Assembly (NCBI GenBank): GCA_963737155.1
Contig: CAVTRN010000002.1
Location: forward strand, 1,696,001-1,760,000
Reading direction: 5' to 3'
DNA length: 64,000 nucleotides
DNA from: Nitrospirota bacterium
GTDB taxonomy: Bacteria > Nitrospirota > UBA9217
A program made the translations under genes and the position numbers. The first letter of the stretch is position 1, and the number at the start of each line of letters is the position of its first letter. Positions 17,823-30,156 of the stretch are shown here, one piece after another. The notes beneath the pieces were generated by a model. It saw only the letters and a list, made by a program, of their open reading frames with translations, was not told the DNA's origin and did not search any database.

Positions 17823-19451
17823 ATGATAAACAAGACGAAACTAGAATTAACCTGGATCGGCAAGGAAAACCGGCCAAAGCTAGAGCCGCGTATTCTGCTC
17901 GAAGATCCGGAAATGTCCTCTCACGCGAAACACCGTACGACGAAAAATGATATTTTCGACAACTACCTCATTTTCGGGGACAATTTGCTTGCACTTAAGG
18001 CGCTGGAGCATGATTTTACCGAAAAAGTGAAGTGTGTGTTTATCGATCCGCCATATAACACTGGGAGTGCTTTTGAACACTATGATGATGGTATAGAGCA
18101 TTCTATCTGGCTGTCACTAATGCGAGATCGATTGGAGATAATTAGAAGACTACTGGTCCAGGACGGGTCATTATGGATTACTATTGATGACAATGAGGCT
18201 CACTACCTTAAGGTTTTATGCGACGAGGTTTTTGGACGTGGAAATTTTATTTCTTCTGTTACTTGGATGAAGCGCGTCTCACCTGCCAACGATGCAAAGT
18301 ATCTGAGTTCCGACCATGATTTTATCCTGATCTATGCGAAAGACAAATCTTCATGGAGACCCATTCGTCTCCCACGTGGAGATCAACAAAACGCCTACTA
18401 CAAGAACCCCGACAAGGACCCACGAGGCCCTTGGAACTCAGTTACCTATACAGGGAACAAAACCAGAGCCGAGCGGCCTAACCTTTACTATGGCATTAAG
18501 AACCCAAACACAGGTGAACTAGTGTTCCCGCCAGAAACGTTAACGTGGAGATATGGACAGGAAACTCATGAAAAAAACACAACAGAGCAGCTTGTGTACT
18601 GGGGAAAAGATGGACGTTCAAAGGTACCACGCCGAAAAATGTTTTTGGAGGATGCAGAGCCAATCGTTCCTAGAAGTGTTTGGCTAAGCAGCGAAGTTGG
18701 AAGCACTCAGACATCAATGGTTGAGCAAAAAACTCTTTTTTCGGCCCCCTTTGCAACTCCGAAGCCTGAGCTTTTATTGCAACGAATCATTCATATTGCC
18801 ACAAATCCTGGCGACCTCGTTCTCGATTCTTTCGCCGGTTCTGGAACGACCGGAGCTGTAGCGCATAAGTTGGGGCGGCGGTGGATTATGATCGAACTGG
18901 GCGAGCATTGCCACACGCACATCATTCCGCGCATGAAGAAGGTAATCGACGGCCAGGATCCGGGCGGGATCACCGAGGCGGCGGGCTGGAAGGGTGGTGG
19001 GGGATTCAGGTATTATCGTCTTGCGCCGTCATTGCTTGAAAAGGACAAGTGGGGCAATTGGGTCATTAATAAACAATACAATGCTGCAATGCTCACAGAA
19101 GCGCTCAGCAAATTAGAGGGTTTCACCTACGCGCCGAGCGATGCAGTTTATTGGCAGCATGGACATTCGAGCGAGCAGGATTTCATCTATGTTACGACAC
19201 AGAACCTGAACCATGAGCAACTCCAGGCTCTCTCTGATGAAGTTGGGTCACGCAGGTCGCTTCTAGTCCTATGCTCAGCTTTTCGCGGCAAGTCCGATCG
19301 TTACCTGAATCTGACGATCAAGAAAATCCCGAACGCGGTCTTAAAGCGCTGTGAGTGGGGGCATGACGACTATAGCCTACAGGTAGAGAACCTACCCAAG
19401 GCCCCACCAAAAAAGGGGCAACAATCACTGTTTGAAGAGGAGGCAGAATAA
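17823..19451 (+). CDS. mod: type III RM methyltransferase (Mod, N6-adenine, beta class)
   Basis: GDNLLAL, IDPPY, TPKPE, LDSFAGSGTTG. Confidence 0.92.
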   Translation: MINKTKLELTWIGKENRPKLEPRILLEDPEMSSHAKHRTTKNDIFDNYLIFGDNLLALKALEHDFTEKVKCVFIDPPYNTGSAFEHYDDGIEHSIWLSLMRDRLEIIRRLLVQDGSLWITIDDNEAHYLKVLCDEVFGRGNFISSVTWMKRVSPANDAKYLSSDHDFILIYAKDKSSWRPIRLPRGDQQNAYYKNPDKDPRGPWNSVTYTGNKTRAERPNLYYGIKNPNTGELVFPPETLTWRYGQETHEKNTTEQLVYWGKDGRSKVPRRKMFLEDAEPIVPRSVWLSSEVGSTQTSMVEQKTLFSAPFATPKPELLLQRIIHIATNPGDLVLDSFAGSGTTGAVAHKLGRRWIMIELGEHCHTHIIPRMKKVIDGQDPGGITEAAGWKGGGGFRYYRLAPSLLEKDKWGNWVINKQYNAAMLTEALSKLEGFTYAPSDAVYWQHGHSSEQDFIYVTTQNLNHEQLQALSDEVGSRRSLLVLCSAFRGKSDRYLNLTIKKIPNAVLKRCEWGHDDYSLQVENLPKAPPKKGQQSLFEEEAE

Positions 19452-22123
19452 TGAACCGTCTTGTGAATGCCATTTCCGGACGGCTCAGTCTCCGGCCACC
19501 TCAAAAACGATCTCTTGAAATACTAGATAGGATCACGGAGATCGTTTCGCCTCGCAAAGGTGCGGACATTCAAGCCGCACTCGCTACCATCAAGTCTGAA
19601 TTCCCCACTGTAACTGACTTTGAGCGTGACTTTCCCTCGCTTTGCTTTGCTCTGGCTACCGGCGTTGGCAAGACACGGCTCATGGGAGCTTTTATCAGCT
19701 ATCTTCATCTTGCCCACGGCATCAACCATTTTTTCGTTCTTTCGCCGAACCTCACGATCTACAACAAGCTCATTGCCGACTTTACGCCGAATACCCCGAA
19801 GTATGTGTTCAAGGGAATAGCCGAGTTCGCTGTAGATCCTCCCGTCATCATCACCGGTGACAATTACGAATCCGGCGTAGGTGTGCGGGCAGGCGTATTG
19901 CCAGGGATCGATATGTCGGTCCATGTAAATATCTTCAATGTATCGAAGATCAATTCCGAAGTCCGGGGTGGAAAGTCTCCACGCATCAAGCGTTTGTCCG
20001 AGTACATAGGTGAAAGCTATTTCGAATACCTCGCTGGGCTTGACGATCTGGTTCTTCTCATGGACGAATCACATCGCTACCGCGCTTCCGCAGGCATTCG
20101 GGCTATCAACGAACTGAAGCCCGTTCTCGGTCTGGAACTGACCGCGACTCCAATTGTGGAGACAGCGAAGGGAGCGATCCAGTTCAAGAACGTGATCTTT
20201 GATTACCCTCTGTCAAAAGCAATGGAGGATGGCTTTGTAAAGGAGCCCGCTGTTGTTACTCAGAAGAACTTCGATCCCAAGCAGTTCACTCCGGAGCAGA
20301 TCGAGCAGATAAAGCTTGAAGACGGTATCCGACTGCATGAGAATACCAAGGTCGAGCTTGAGACCTATGCACGACAGACAGAACAGCGGATCGTGAAGCC
20401 CTTTATGCTGATCATTGCCAGAGATACGACCCATGCCAGCCAGTTGAGCGAATATATCAAGTCTGAAAAGTTCTTTGAAGGACGGTACAAGGATAAGGTG
20501 ATCCAGGTCGACTCGAGCAAAACTGGTGTTGAAGAAGACGAGATGGTCGCGCGCCTGCTGAAGGTCGAAAGCTCCGATGAGCCGACGGAGATTGTGATCC
20601 ATGTGAACATGCTCAAGGAAGGCTGGGACGTGACGAACTTGTACACTATCGTGCCCCTCCGTGCTGCTAATGCACGAGTCTTGATCGAACAGTCAATTGG
20701 ACGCGGCCTGCGGCTGCCTTATGGAAGGCGAGCCGGGGTGAACAGTGTTGACCGTCTAAATATTGTTGCCCATGACCGCTTCCAGGAGATCATCGACGAA
20801 GCAAATAGGCCGGACTCGGCAATCCGACTCCAACAGATCATTCTTGACCCGACTACTGATATGCAGAAGATGCAGACAACAGTTGTGCAATCTACCCTTG
20901 CCACACAGATAGGGGCTGTGAAGACAGAAGGTCAGGCACCTAGCGCAACTGCCCCACCTCTGTTTTCAACCGAGGCAGAGCGTACTATTGCGCTGGCGAC
21001 GGTAGACATCATCAAAAAGTACGAAAACCTGCCGGGATCGAACCATTTGTTGAAAAAGGAAGTGCAGGAGAAGATTGCAGCGGAAGTGGCAGAGTTTGTT
21101 GCACCGATGCAGGCTGCTTTGCCGGGGATTACGCAAACACCAAACATCGCAGCCGTTGTTGCGAAAACCGCAGAGCTCATGGTTCAGCAGACGATTGATA
21201 TTCCGCGAATTCTCGTTGTTCCCAAAGGCCAGATAACCGTTGGATTTCACCCATTCATGCTCGACTGCTCAGGCATCCGGTATCAACCAGTTGAACGGGA
21301 TTTGCTTATCCAACACCTTAGGACGAACGCTCAGGAAACCCTGGGTTTCAGCGGCAGTGGTCAGCATGAGAGCAGACTTGAAGATTACCTTGTTCGAGGA
21401 TTGATTGACTTTGACGATATCTCCTATGATGAGCATGCGGACCTCCTGTACGACCTTGCTGGCCAGATGGTGAAGCATTTGCGCTCATACCTTTCCGAAG
21501 ATGACACGAAGAATGTGTTGCTTTACCATCAGAAACAGCTGGCATCATTCATGCTCGCTCAGATGCAGGAACACCAATGGGAGAAGGCGGCAGATTATGA
21601 AGTGATCGTTAGCAAGGGTTTCACTGAACTGAAATCAAGCGCCTTTACTAACAGAGCTAATGAGCCTGTCTTTGATTTCCGAAATACCGTCGAGGACAAA
21701 ACCAGAATCGGCCAGATGCTGTTTGGTGAGTTTAAGCGCTGTTTATATCCGATACAAAAATTCCACTCTGACACTGAACGGAAACTTGCAGTCATTCTCG
21801 ATCGGGAAGCACAAAAATGGCTCAGGCCAGCGATTGGTCAGTTCCAGATCTTCTATAAATCAGGCGTTGTCCAGGGTGACTATATCCCGGACTTCGTGGC
21901 CGAGACAGACACGTGCATTTATATGATGGAACCCAAGGCCCGAAACGAGATGGATAGCACCGAGGTACAGGCCAAGAAGGATGCGGCCGTAAAATGGTGC
22001 ACACATGCGACAAAGCATTCCACAGAAAATGGCGGGAAACCGTGGAAGTACTTACTTATTCCGCACGACGCGATTATGGAAAATATATCGATAGCGGGGT
22101 TGGTCAGTCAGTACGGGTCCTAA
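19451..22123 (+). CDS. res: type III RM restriction subunit (Res helicase-nuclease)
   Basis: ATGVGKT, DESH, LTAT, LKEGWD, QSIGRGLR; C-terminal YIPDF..MEPK PD-(D/E)xK. Confidence 0.9.
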   Translation: MNRLVNAISGRLSLRPPQKRSLEILDRITEIVSPRKGADIQAALATIKSEFPTVTDFERDFPSLCFALATGVGKTRLMGAFISYLHLAHGINHFFVLSPNLTIYNKLIADFTPNTPKYVFKGIAEFAVDPPVIITGDNYESGVGVRAGVLPGIDMSVHVNIFNVSKINSEVRGGKSPRIKRLSEYIGESYFEYLAGLDDLVLLMDESHRYRASAGIRAINELKPVLGLELTATPIVETAKGAIQFKNVIFDYPLSKAMEDGFVKEPAVVTQKNFDPKQFTPEQIEQIKLEDGIRLHENTKVELETYARQTEQRIVKPFMLIIARDTTHASQLSEYIKSEKFFEGRYKDKVIQVDSSKTGVEEDEMVARLLKVESSDEPTEIVIHVNMLKEGWDVTNLYTIVPLRAANARVLIEQSIGRGLRLPYGRRAGVNSVDRLNIVAHDRFQEIIDEANRPDSAIRLQQIILDPTTDMQKMQTTVVQSTLATQIGAVKTEGQAPSATAPPLFSTEAERTIALATVDIIKKYENLPGSNHLLKKEVQEKIAAEVAEFVAPMQAALPGITQTPNIAAVVAKTAELMVQQTIDIPRILVVPKGQITVGFHPFMLDCSGIRYQPVERDLLIQHLRTNAQETLGFSGSGQHESRLEDYLVRGLIDFDDISYDEHADLLYDLAGQMVKHLRSYLSEDDTKNVLLYHQKQLASFMLAQMQEHQWEKAADYEVIVSKGFTELKSSAFTNRANEPVFDFRNTVEDKTRIGQMLFGEFKRCLYPIQKFHSDTERKLAVILDREAQKWLRPAIGQFQIFYKSGVVQGDYIPDFVAETDTCIYMMEPKARNEMDSTEVQAKKDAAVKWCTHATKHSTENGGKPWKYLLIPHDAIMENISIAGLVSQYGS

Positions 22124-22165
22124 GAGCTTTACCGTCAATTTCCTTATAACTCATGGGAGGAACAA

Positions 22166-23095
22166 ATGGCAAATTTGTTTTGGAAACGGGAAGGGAACAA
22201 AACGCTAAATCTGCTTTCAACGCCATTTGATACGGAAGAAGCTTTTGAAAAGGTTGTTTTTGAAACGAAGGAAATTCTTGAGGATATTTTCCTCATTAAA
22301 AGACAAATCAGGGGTGGCAAAAAGCCAGGTATTCCTGATATCGTTGGTATAGACAGTGAGGGCAACGTTTGCATCGTTGAAATGAAGAACGTAGCTGTTG
22401 ATTCATCTATCATTCCACAGGTATTGTCTTATGCTTTTTGGGCGCAGAACAATCCTGATGCAATTAAAAATCTTTGGCTTGAATCTCCTCGTCAATCTGA
22501 AGAAGTTGAAGTAAATTGGGATAACTATGATGTACGCATAATCATTATTGCTCCATCAATTGAGCGTTCAACACTAGAACTCGTCAATACGATTAATTAT
22601 CAGGTCGACTTAATTGAAATTAAGCGGTGGGTCGAAGGTAAAAATCATTTTTTACTGGTTAACAAACTTGAGCCAGAACAGACCAAGAAAACGACAGCAG
22701 TCAGAGGGCTTGAGGTATATGACAAAGCGTTCTATGAAAAATATCGTAATAAGAATAGCGTTAAAGCTTTTCTTGCATATACAGAAGAAACGCGAAAATT
22801 AGTAAAGAAAAAAGGCTGGCCTCTTGAACTGAAATACAATAAAGGCTATAGCGGGTTCAAGCACGGTTTTTTTAATGCATTTGGTATTCATTGGGTGGGC
22901 TCGAAATCGTTTGCCTTTTTTTTCAAACTGCCGAAAGCTGTTGCAGTAAAATATCAGCCAAAAGGTATTAAGATGGATAGATATAGCGATCAGTGGAAAC
23001 AAGCGGAATATAGAATTGATACGACCAAAACGAAAGTTAATGCATTCACAAAGTTGTTTGAAAAAGCATTAGAGTCTATCACACAAGTTGATTAA
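22166..23095 (+). CDS. NucS/DUF91-like PD-(D/E)xK endonuclease with C-terminal domain
   Basis: E..FE, IPDIVGID..IVEMK, QVLSY motifs. Confidence 0.7.
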   Translation: MANLFWKREGNKTLNLLSTPFDTEEAFEKVVFETKEILEDIFLIKRQIRGGKKPGIPDIVGIDSEGNVCIVEMKNVAVDSSIIPQVLSYAFWAQNNPDAIKNLWLESPRQSEEVEVNWDNYDVRIIIIAPSIERSTLELVNTINYQVDLIEIKRWVEGKNHFLLVNKLEPEQTKKTTAVRGLEVYDKAFYEKYRNKNSVKAFLAYTEETRKLVKKKGWPLELKYNKGYSGFKHGFFNAFGIHWVGSKSFAFFFKLPKAVAVKYQPKGIKMDRYSDQWKQAEYRIDTTKTKVNAFTKLFEKALESITQVD

Positions 23096-23121
23096 ACTTC
23101 TGAACTAGGCATTTGGGTCTC

Positions 23122-23277
23122 GTGACCAGCAATGCAGTCTGTTATACAAGAGAAGAGCTCTACGAGCAGGCCTGGTCGCAGCCGATGACGACACTGGCCA
23201 ACAACCTTGGTTTGTCCGACGTGGGGCTAAGAAAAAAATGCAAGGTTACCCCAATTAGCCGCAAAAAATTAACCTAA
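23122..23277 (+). pseudogene. truncated HTH-like gene fragment at the island right end
   Basis: Read manually: TREELYEQAWSQPMTTLANNLGLSDVGLRKKCK, the N-terminus of a family common in mobile elements, cut short by the end repeats. Confidence 0.6.
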
Positions 23278-25001
<1,724 letters not shown>

Positions 25002-25049
25002 ACAGCCCTCTCGGTGCGCTCTGCGAACATGCTGTGAAGAAAGGTTTTT

Positions 25050-25916
25050 ATGAAACTTGGATTCCATGTTTCTATCTCTGGCGGTTTCGCTCTCTCCGTC
25101 CAGCGTGCTTTCGAATTGGGCTGCACCTGCATGCAGATATTCAGCCGCAATCCGCGCGGCTGGACCGTTAAGCCCCTTGATCAGCATGATATCGCGGAGT
25201 TCAAAAAACTTCGAGAGCAATGGGACGTTGGGCCAGTCTTCGTACACGCGAACTATCTCATCAACCTCGCTTCACAAAAACCCGATTTATATGAAAAGTC
25301 TATTGCGCAGTTGGTGATTGATCTTGAACGAACTGAGCAACTGGGCGCAGAATACTTGGTCACCCATCTTGGCTCTGCAAGCGGCAAGGATCCGGCATGG
25401 ATGATCGATCGCGTGTCGTCGGCTTTGAATATGACGATGAGGCTTCATCCACCGCAAGCTACGATTCTTTTGGAAAACACGGCCGGCGAAAAAGGGGATA
25501 TCGGTTACGAGCTTGAACAGGTCCAAGAAGTCATTGTGCGTCTCGTCGATGCTAGAAACATCGGTGTCTGTTATGACACCTGCCACGGTTTTGCAGCAGG
25601 ATATGACATCCGAACGAAGAAGGATGTCGACGCTCTTGCAAATAAGATTGAAGCGACCGTGGGGTTGAAACGGTTGAAAGGCATGCATTTGAACGATTGT
25701 CTCCGCGAGTTCGGTTCCCATGTCGATCGGCACTGGCATATCGGAGAAGGCAAGGTGGGACTCGATGGATTTAAAATCCTGCTGAATCATCCGGCATTCA
25801 AGGATGTGCCGAAAATCATGGAAACGCCGAAAGAATCGGAAGAAGACGATCCGAAAAATATGAAGACGGTGAAATCGCTTATCAGGGTGGATAACAAACG
25901 TGTATCGCGAAGATGA
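25050..25916 (+). CDS. nfo: endonuclease IV
   Basis: GFHVS, QIFSRNPR, HANYLINL, LENTAG, DTCH, HLND, DRH motifs. Confidence 0.93.
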   Translation: MKLGFHVSISGGFALSVQRAFELGCTCMQIFSRNPRGWTVKPLDQHDIAEFKKLREQWDVGPVFVHANYLINLASQKPDLYEKSIAQLVIDLERTEQLGAEYLVTHLGSASGKDPAWMIDRVSSALNMTMRLHPPQATILLENTAGEKGDIGYELEQVQEVIVRLVDARNIGVCYDTCHGFAAGYDIRTKKDVDALANKIEATVGLKRLKGMHLNDCLREFGSHVDRHWHIGEGKVGLDGFKILLNHPAFKDVPKIMETPKESEEDDPKNMKTVKSLIRVDNKRVSRR

Positions 25917-26336
25917 GCAGCAACCCTCATCGATGTTTTGAATCCATATATACATTGATGAAACAGCTGTGGCAGCACAAGAAGCTTGATAAAACAGGCT
26001 TTTACCAGACGGCATTCAGACGAGCCCTCTCGCCGACTAACATTTATCTTTACGCATTGATTGAATTTCGGGTCGGGGGAGTTTGTTTTCTGGTTATCAA
26101 GAATAATTCGCTGCAGAAGGGATGTATCGGTTCACTTCTTGGAAGAGTGGCACGTGAAGCGTTTTGGCTGCAAGGAGTCGGCTCGGTTATTGAGCGCATG
26201 GATTGAGCATGCGTGGACGAGGGATGCCAACGCCTTGAGTAAGAAACGGCGTTACACGGGAAGCGGCACATCGGTTCTAAGAAAGAGCCGGCTTCATAAA
26301 GCGGGTATTTTTACGAAGGAATTGTGACGTGTTAAT

Positions 26337-26792
26337 TTGAGAGTGGCTTATAAAACTACCATGGCCATACTGATAATCTTCATCACGGCAGCCGTGCATG
26401 CCGGCGGTGATGACATCCTCGGGGTGTGGAACAACCAGGAAAAAGATGCAAGGATTGAGATATACCATTGCGGTGAGAGATACTGCGGTAAGATCGTTTC
26501 GTTAAATGAGCCGAACTATCTTCCGGGGTCCAAAGACGGGGTGCCGGGCACTCCGAAACTCGACCATAACAACCCAGATCCAATCCTCAGGAAAATACCG
26601 ATCATCGGGCTCAAAATTATGTATGATTTTATTTACGATGGAGATAATAAATGGGTCTCCGGAAAAGTGTACGATCCGAAGAATGGGGAAACCTACAGCG
26701 GCAAAATGATCATGGTTTCGCCTCACCAACTAAAACTCCGCGGATTTGTTGGCATATCGCTTTTCGGCAGAACTGCCATCTGGACCAGGTAA
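26337..26792 (+). CDS. DUF2147 family exported protein
   Basis: Signal peptide; GVW, YCGKIV, D.NNPDP, GKVYDP.NGETY, LKLRGFVGISLFGRT..WTR. Confidence 0.88.
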   Translation: MRVAYKTTMAILIIFITAAVHAGGDDILGVWNNQEKDARIEIYHCGERYCGKIVSLNEPNYLPGSKDGVPGTPKLDHNNPDPILRKIPIIGLKIMYDFIYDGDNKWVSGKVYDPKNGETYSGKMIMVSPHQLKLRGFVGISLFGRTAIWTR

Positions 26793-26830
26793 TGTAATAG
26801 TTCACAGTTCAGACTATAAAGAACATCACT

Positions 26831-27220
26831 ATGAATGATAGAATCAATAGGACAATGCAAACCAGGCTGAAGCAGGCACGGGAGGCTTTGGAGGAAGCGA
26901 AAGACTTGTTAGTGCAGGATGCTGCCTTGAATTTTGTTATGAATAGCATGTATTACGCCTTCTTATACGCCCTCTGGGGATTGCTGGAGTCACAGGGAAT
27001 ATCAGCTCCTCCGTATAGGACGGCTATTTCCTTTTTTGAACAGGAGTTCGTCCTGACCGGGAAAATTGAGAGAAGGTTCTACGATGCACTGCGACAAGCC
27101 TTTGATCTTCGGCCGGCATGCGACTGTGAAGGCAGAAAGAAGGTAACGGCAGAAGACATAGAGCAATTATTGCCGATTGCCGATAATTTCCTCGATATTG
27201 TTGGTCGATTCATTGAATAG
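26831..27220 (+). CDS. HEPN domain protein (UPF0332-like), no adjacent nucleotidyltransferase
   Basis: A.EAL..A..L, NSMYYAF, F..EFV.TG, AFDLR..CD pattern. Confidence 0.75.
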   Translation: MNDRINRTMQTRLKQAREALEEAKDLLVQDAALNFVMNSMYYAFLYALWGLLESQGISAPPYRTAISFFEQEFVLTGKIERRFYDALRQAFDLRPACDCEGRKKVTAEDIEQLLPIADNFLDIVGRFIE

Positions 27221-27384
27221 AGCAATTTGCGCGGATAAAGATGCCGGCTTTGAGCGAAGATGGCTTGACCTAAAACGAGGTATTTCATCGATTTCGTCCA
27301 AATTACCTTCTGGATTTTTCTTCCTGCCTCTGGTATAGTAACAAATGTTTATTTTTCTTCTGGGTTGCCCTCTCAGGTCAAATT

Positions 27385-28344
27385 ATGAACATTGCGGAGC
27401 AGAAAGTTAAGAAAATCTTGGCACGGCGCTATAATGCTTTTGGACATTACATGAAGGCTTTGTACGGTCTGCCAGTCTATAAAGTGAATGTGGATGCCGG
27501 GTTTACCTGCCCGAACCGCGATGGTTCTATCGCCACGGAAGGATGCATATACTGTAATAACGACAGTTTCAGGCCTTCTGCCTGTACCAGCACGCTGTCC
27601 CTGCAAGACCAAATTAGCAGGGGAATCCCTTATCTTCGCTCTCGCTACGGTGCTGAGAAGTTTATCGTATACTTTCAACCCTACACGAACACCTACGCAT
27701 CCGTGGGTATCCTGGAACGGCTTTACCGTGAAGCACTAGATAGCCCCGGAGTGGTGGGGCTGGCTATCGGCACCCGACCGGATTGCGTGGACGAAGAAAA
27801 GATCGCGCTTCTCGAGTCACTAGCCAAGAATTCTTTTATCCTTGTGGAGTATGGGCTTCAGTCCATTTACGATCGGACTCTCGCGTTCATTAACCGCGGC
27901 CATGATTACACCTGCTTTCGGAATGCTCTCGGCATGACGACAGGCCGAGGTATCAGAGTTGGAGCTCACCTTATTCTTGGGTTCCCTACGGAGACGCGTC
28001 CGGAAATGCTGGCCATGGCTGACGAGCTTTCAACGCTGCCGATAGAATTTCTGAAGATACATCAGCTGCAGGTCGTGCGGGATACCGCACTGGCGGAGCT
28101 ATATTCATCAAAATCGTTCCCGACGTTCGGGTATGAGGAATATATAGCGTTGCTTGCTGATTTTCTTGAACGGCTGGATCCGAAGATCATCATCCAGCGT
28201 CTTTTCGCAGCGGCTCCTGACGACATCCTGATTGCGCCGATATGGAATAGGACGCGAAGCGAATTCCTGAACGATCTTGATGCTTATCTTGAGAACAGGG
28301 GAAGCTATCAGGGGAAGTACCGCGGTCAGGGCATCGGATCGTGA
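27385..28344 (+). CDS. TIGR01212/YhcC-family radical SAM protein
   Basis: GFTCPNRDG...GCIYC, YFQPYTNTY, GTRPDC, KIHQL. Confidence 0.9.
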   Translation: MNIAEQKVKKILARRYNAFGHYMKALYGLPVYKVNVDAGFTCPNRDGSIATEGCIYCNNDSFRPSACTSTLSLQDQISRGIPYLRSRYGAEKFIVYFQPYTNTYASVGILERLYREALDSPGVVGLAIGTRPDCVDEEKIALLESLAKNSFILVEYGLQSIYDRTLAFINRGHDYTCFRNALGMTTGRGIRVGAHLILGFPTETRPEMLAMADELSTLPIEFLKIHQLQVVRDTALAELYSSKSFPTFGYEEYIALLADFLERLDPKIIIQRLFAAAPDDILIAPIWNRTRSEFLNDLDAYLENRGSYQGKYRGQGIGS

Positions 28345-28499
28345 TTTTCGGAAATAGAGATTGACATATCGTATGCAGTTGTCATTTCCCGTTAAACCGG
28401 CTTTCTTTGATATCATGAAAATTGAATTATTGAACCGGTACCATGAAAATACCGGTATTTCCCTTGTCCGTTTTTTTACATTTCGATGAAGGTGATATC

Positions 28500-29162
28500 A
28501 TGATTGATCTCCATACACATTCCTTGTTCAGCGACGGCGTGCTGGTGCCGTCGGAACTGGTTCGGCGCGCCGTCATGAAAGGATACGAAGTCATCGCGAT
28601 CACCGATCATGCCGATGCGTCTAACCTTGATTTTACGATACCTCGTGTTGCCGCAGCTTGCAAAATCCTGAGCAGTAAATGGAATATAGTTGCGCTTCCC
28701 GGCATCGAGCTTACGCATATTCCACCGGAAACATTTAGCGAGCTGACCGAACGGGCACGTTCGCTCGGGGCAGCGATCGTTGTCGCGCATGGTGAAACAC
28801 TGGTTGAACCTGTGCATCCCGGTACGAACCGCGCCGCAATAGAAGCGAGGGTGGACATCCTTGCGCATCCCGGACTAATCACGAGAGAGGAGGCTTTGCT
28901 CGCGACTCGGAACGGAGTGTACTTGGAAATATCGTCACGGAAAGGTCATAGCCTGTCAAACGGCTACGTGGCCAGAATCGCAGCGGAGACAGGATCGAAA
29001 CTCGTGATCGACACCGATACCCATGAGCCGGGAGACCTCATCACCGACGAGTTTGCCCACACCGTGCTGCTCGGCGCCGGGCTGGACGATGAGCAGATAA
29101 ACGTTGTCCTGCAAAACTCGCGGGAATTGGCTGCCCGAGCAAGCGCAGCGATCGGCAAGTAA
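28500..29162 (+). CDS. PHP-domain phosphoesterase
   Basis: IDLHTHSLFSDG, ITDH, GIELTH, LAHPG, DTDTH; start set at ATG28500. Confidence 0.88.
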   Translation: MIDLHTHSLFSDGVLVPSELVRRAVMKGYEVIAITDHADASNLDFTIPRVAAACKILSSKWNIVALPGIELTHIPPETFSELTERARSLGAAIVVAHGETLVEPVHPGTNRAAIEARVDILAHPGLITREEALLATRNGVYLEISSRKGHSLSNGYVARIAAETGSKLVIDTDTHEPGDLITDEFAHTVLLGAGLDDEQINVVLQNSRELAARASAAIGK

Positions 29163-29254
29163 TCGAGTTATCGCTTGATGAGGGACCGCCGAGTATGTAT
29201 TAAGCAGGGAAGAAATAAAAATCAAAATTCTATGCAGAGGGGGAGATTGATAAG

Positions 29255-29968
29255 ATGGCGAAGATAAAAAAGAGGGGAGACGCGGCACCTACGCAGCCTG
29301 AACAGGAGATCATGACGCTTGCGCGCGCGAGTTCCGATTTTATTACGAAGCATCGCCGACAGTTCATCATCGTTGCAGCAGCTGTTGCCACGGTCGTGGT
29401 GCTCATTGCAGGATACGCGCTCATGAAATCACTGCAAGAGCAGCAGGCATCACCGCTGGTGGCTGCCGCTTACGATTATTACAGCCCCGCGAAGGGTGCG
29501 ACTGCAGATTATGGAAAAGCGTTGGAGCTTTTCCGTGATGTCCAAAAAAGGTTTCCCGAGACGGAGAGCGGGGCTATCGCTCAGTACTATATCGGAAACT
29601 GTCTCGTAAATTTGGGACGGACCGAAGAGGCGCTGAAAGAATACAGCGCCTTCATCAAACGATACTCGAGTAAAAAGATCCTTGCGGGGTTTGTTTACCA
29701 GCGGATGGGCTACATATACGAGGGAATGGGCAAGTTCGATGATGCCAAAAAATCTTTCGATCAGGCCGAAACATTGCTAGGTACGGGCGTAGCGACTGTT
29801 GAGCTTGCCAGACTCTATGAAATGACAGGAAATAAGCCGGAGGCCGAGGAAAAATATAAATCGGTGATGGAGAAGCTTGCGGGTACGACCTGGGCCATGG
29901 AGGCTTCCAGTAAAATGCAAAATATTGCTTCGATACCGACACTGACATCGGGCAAAGGGGAAAAGTAG
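29255..29968 (+). CDS. membrane-anchored TPR protein (YfgM-like)
   Basis: Single N-terminal TM helix followed by TPR-like repeats. Confidence 0.75.
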   Translation: MAKIKKRGDAAPTQPEQEIMTLARASSDFITKHRRQFIIVAAAVATVVVLIAGYALMKSLQEQQASPLVAAAYDYYSPAKGATADYGKALELFRDVQKRFPETESGAIAQYYIGNCLVNLGRTEEALKEYSAFIKRYSSKKILAGFVYQRMGYIYEGMGKFDDAKKSFDQAETLLGTGVATVELARLYEMTGNKPEAEEKYKSVMEKLAGTTWAMEASSKMQNIASIPTLTSGKGEK

Positions 29969-30156
29969 TTAAGATCGCAGTCCCCGTAACCTCATGTTAT
30001 CGGGACTGCTGCTTATTAGTGGTCGCCAGCTTCGGCCAGACGTCAGATAATGTAACGTATCATTAGATTCTTCTTTAAAACGAAAGGCATTTTAATAAGT
30101 TCCTTTCTGAATCAGTAAAAAAAACATTCATCTTCAACTGCTATGAAAGTCAACCT

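Noticed and set aside
8342-22123. DISARM or BREX assignment for the SNF2 helicase cluster
   Set aside because: No DrmA/DrmB/DrmC (DUF1998, PLD) or PglZ/BrxC-like genes; the partners are Mod/Res-type.
25913-26327. Short ORFs between nfo and the DUF2147 gene
   Set aside because: Overlapping frames with no motifs or clear RBS; cannot support a call.
29977-30009. Hairpin after the TPR gene as an intrinsic terminator
   Set aside because: The stem is plausible but there is no clear U-tract, so it was not called.
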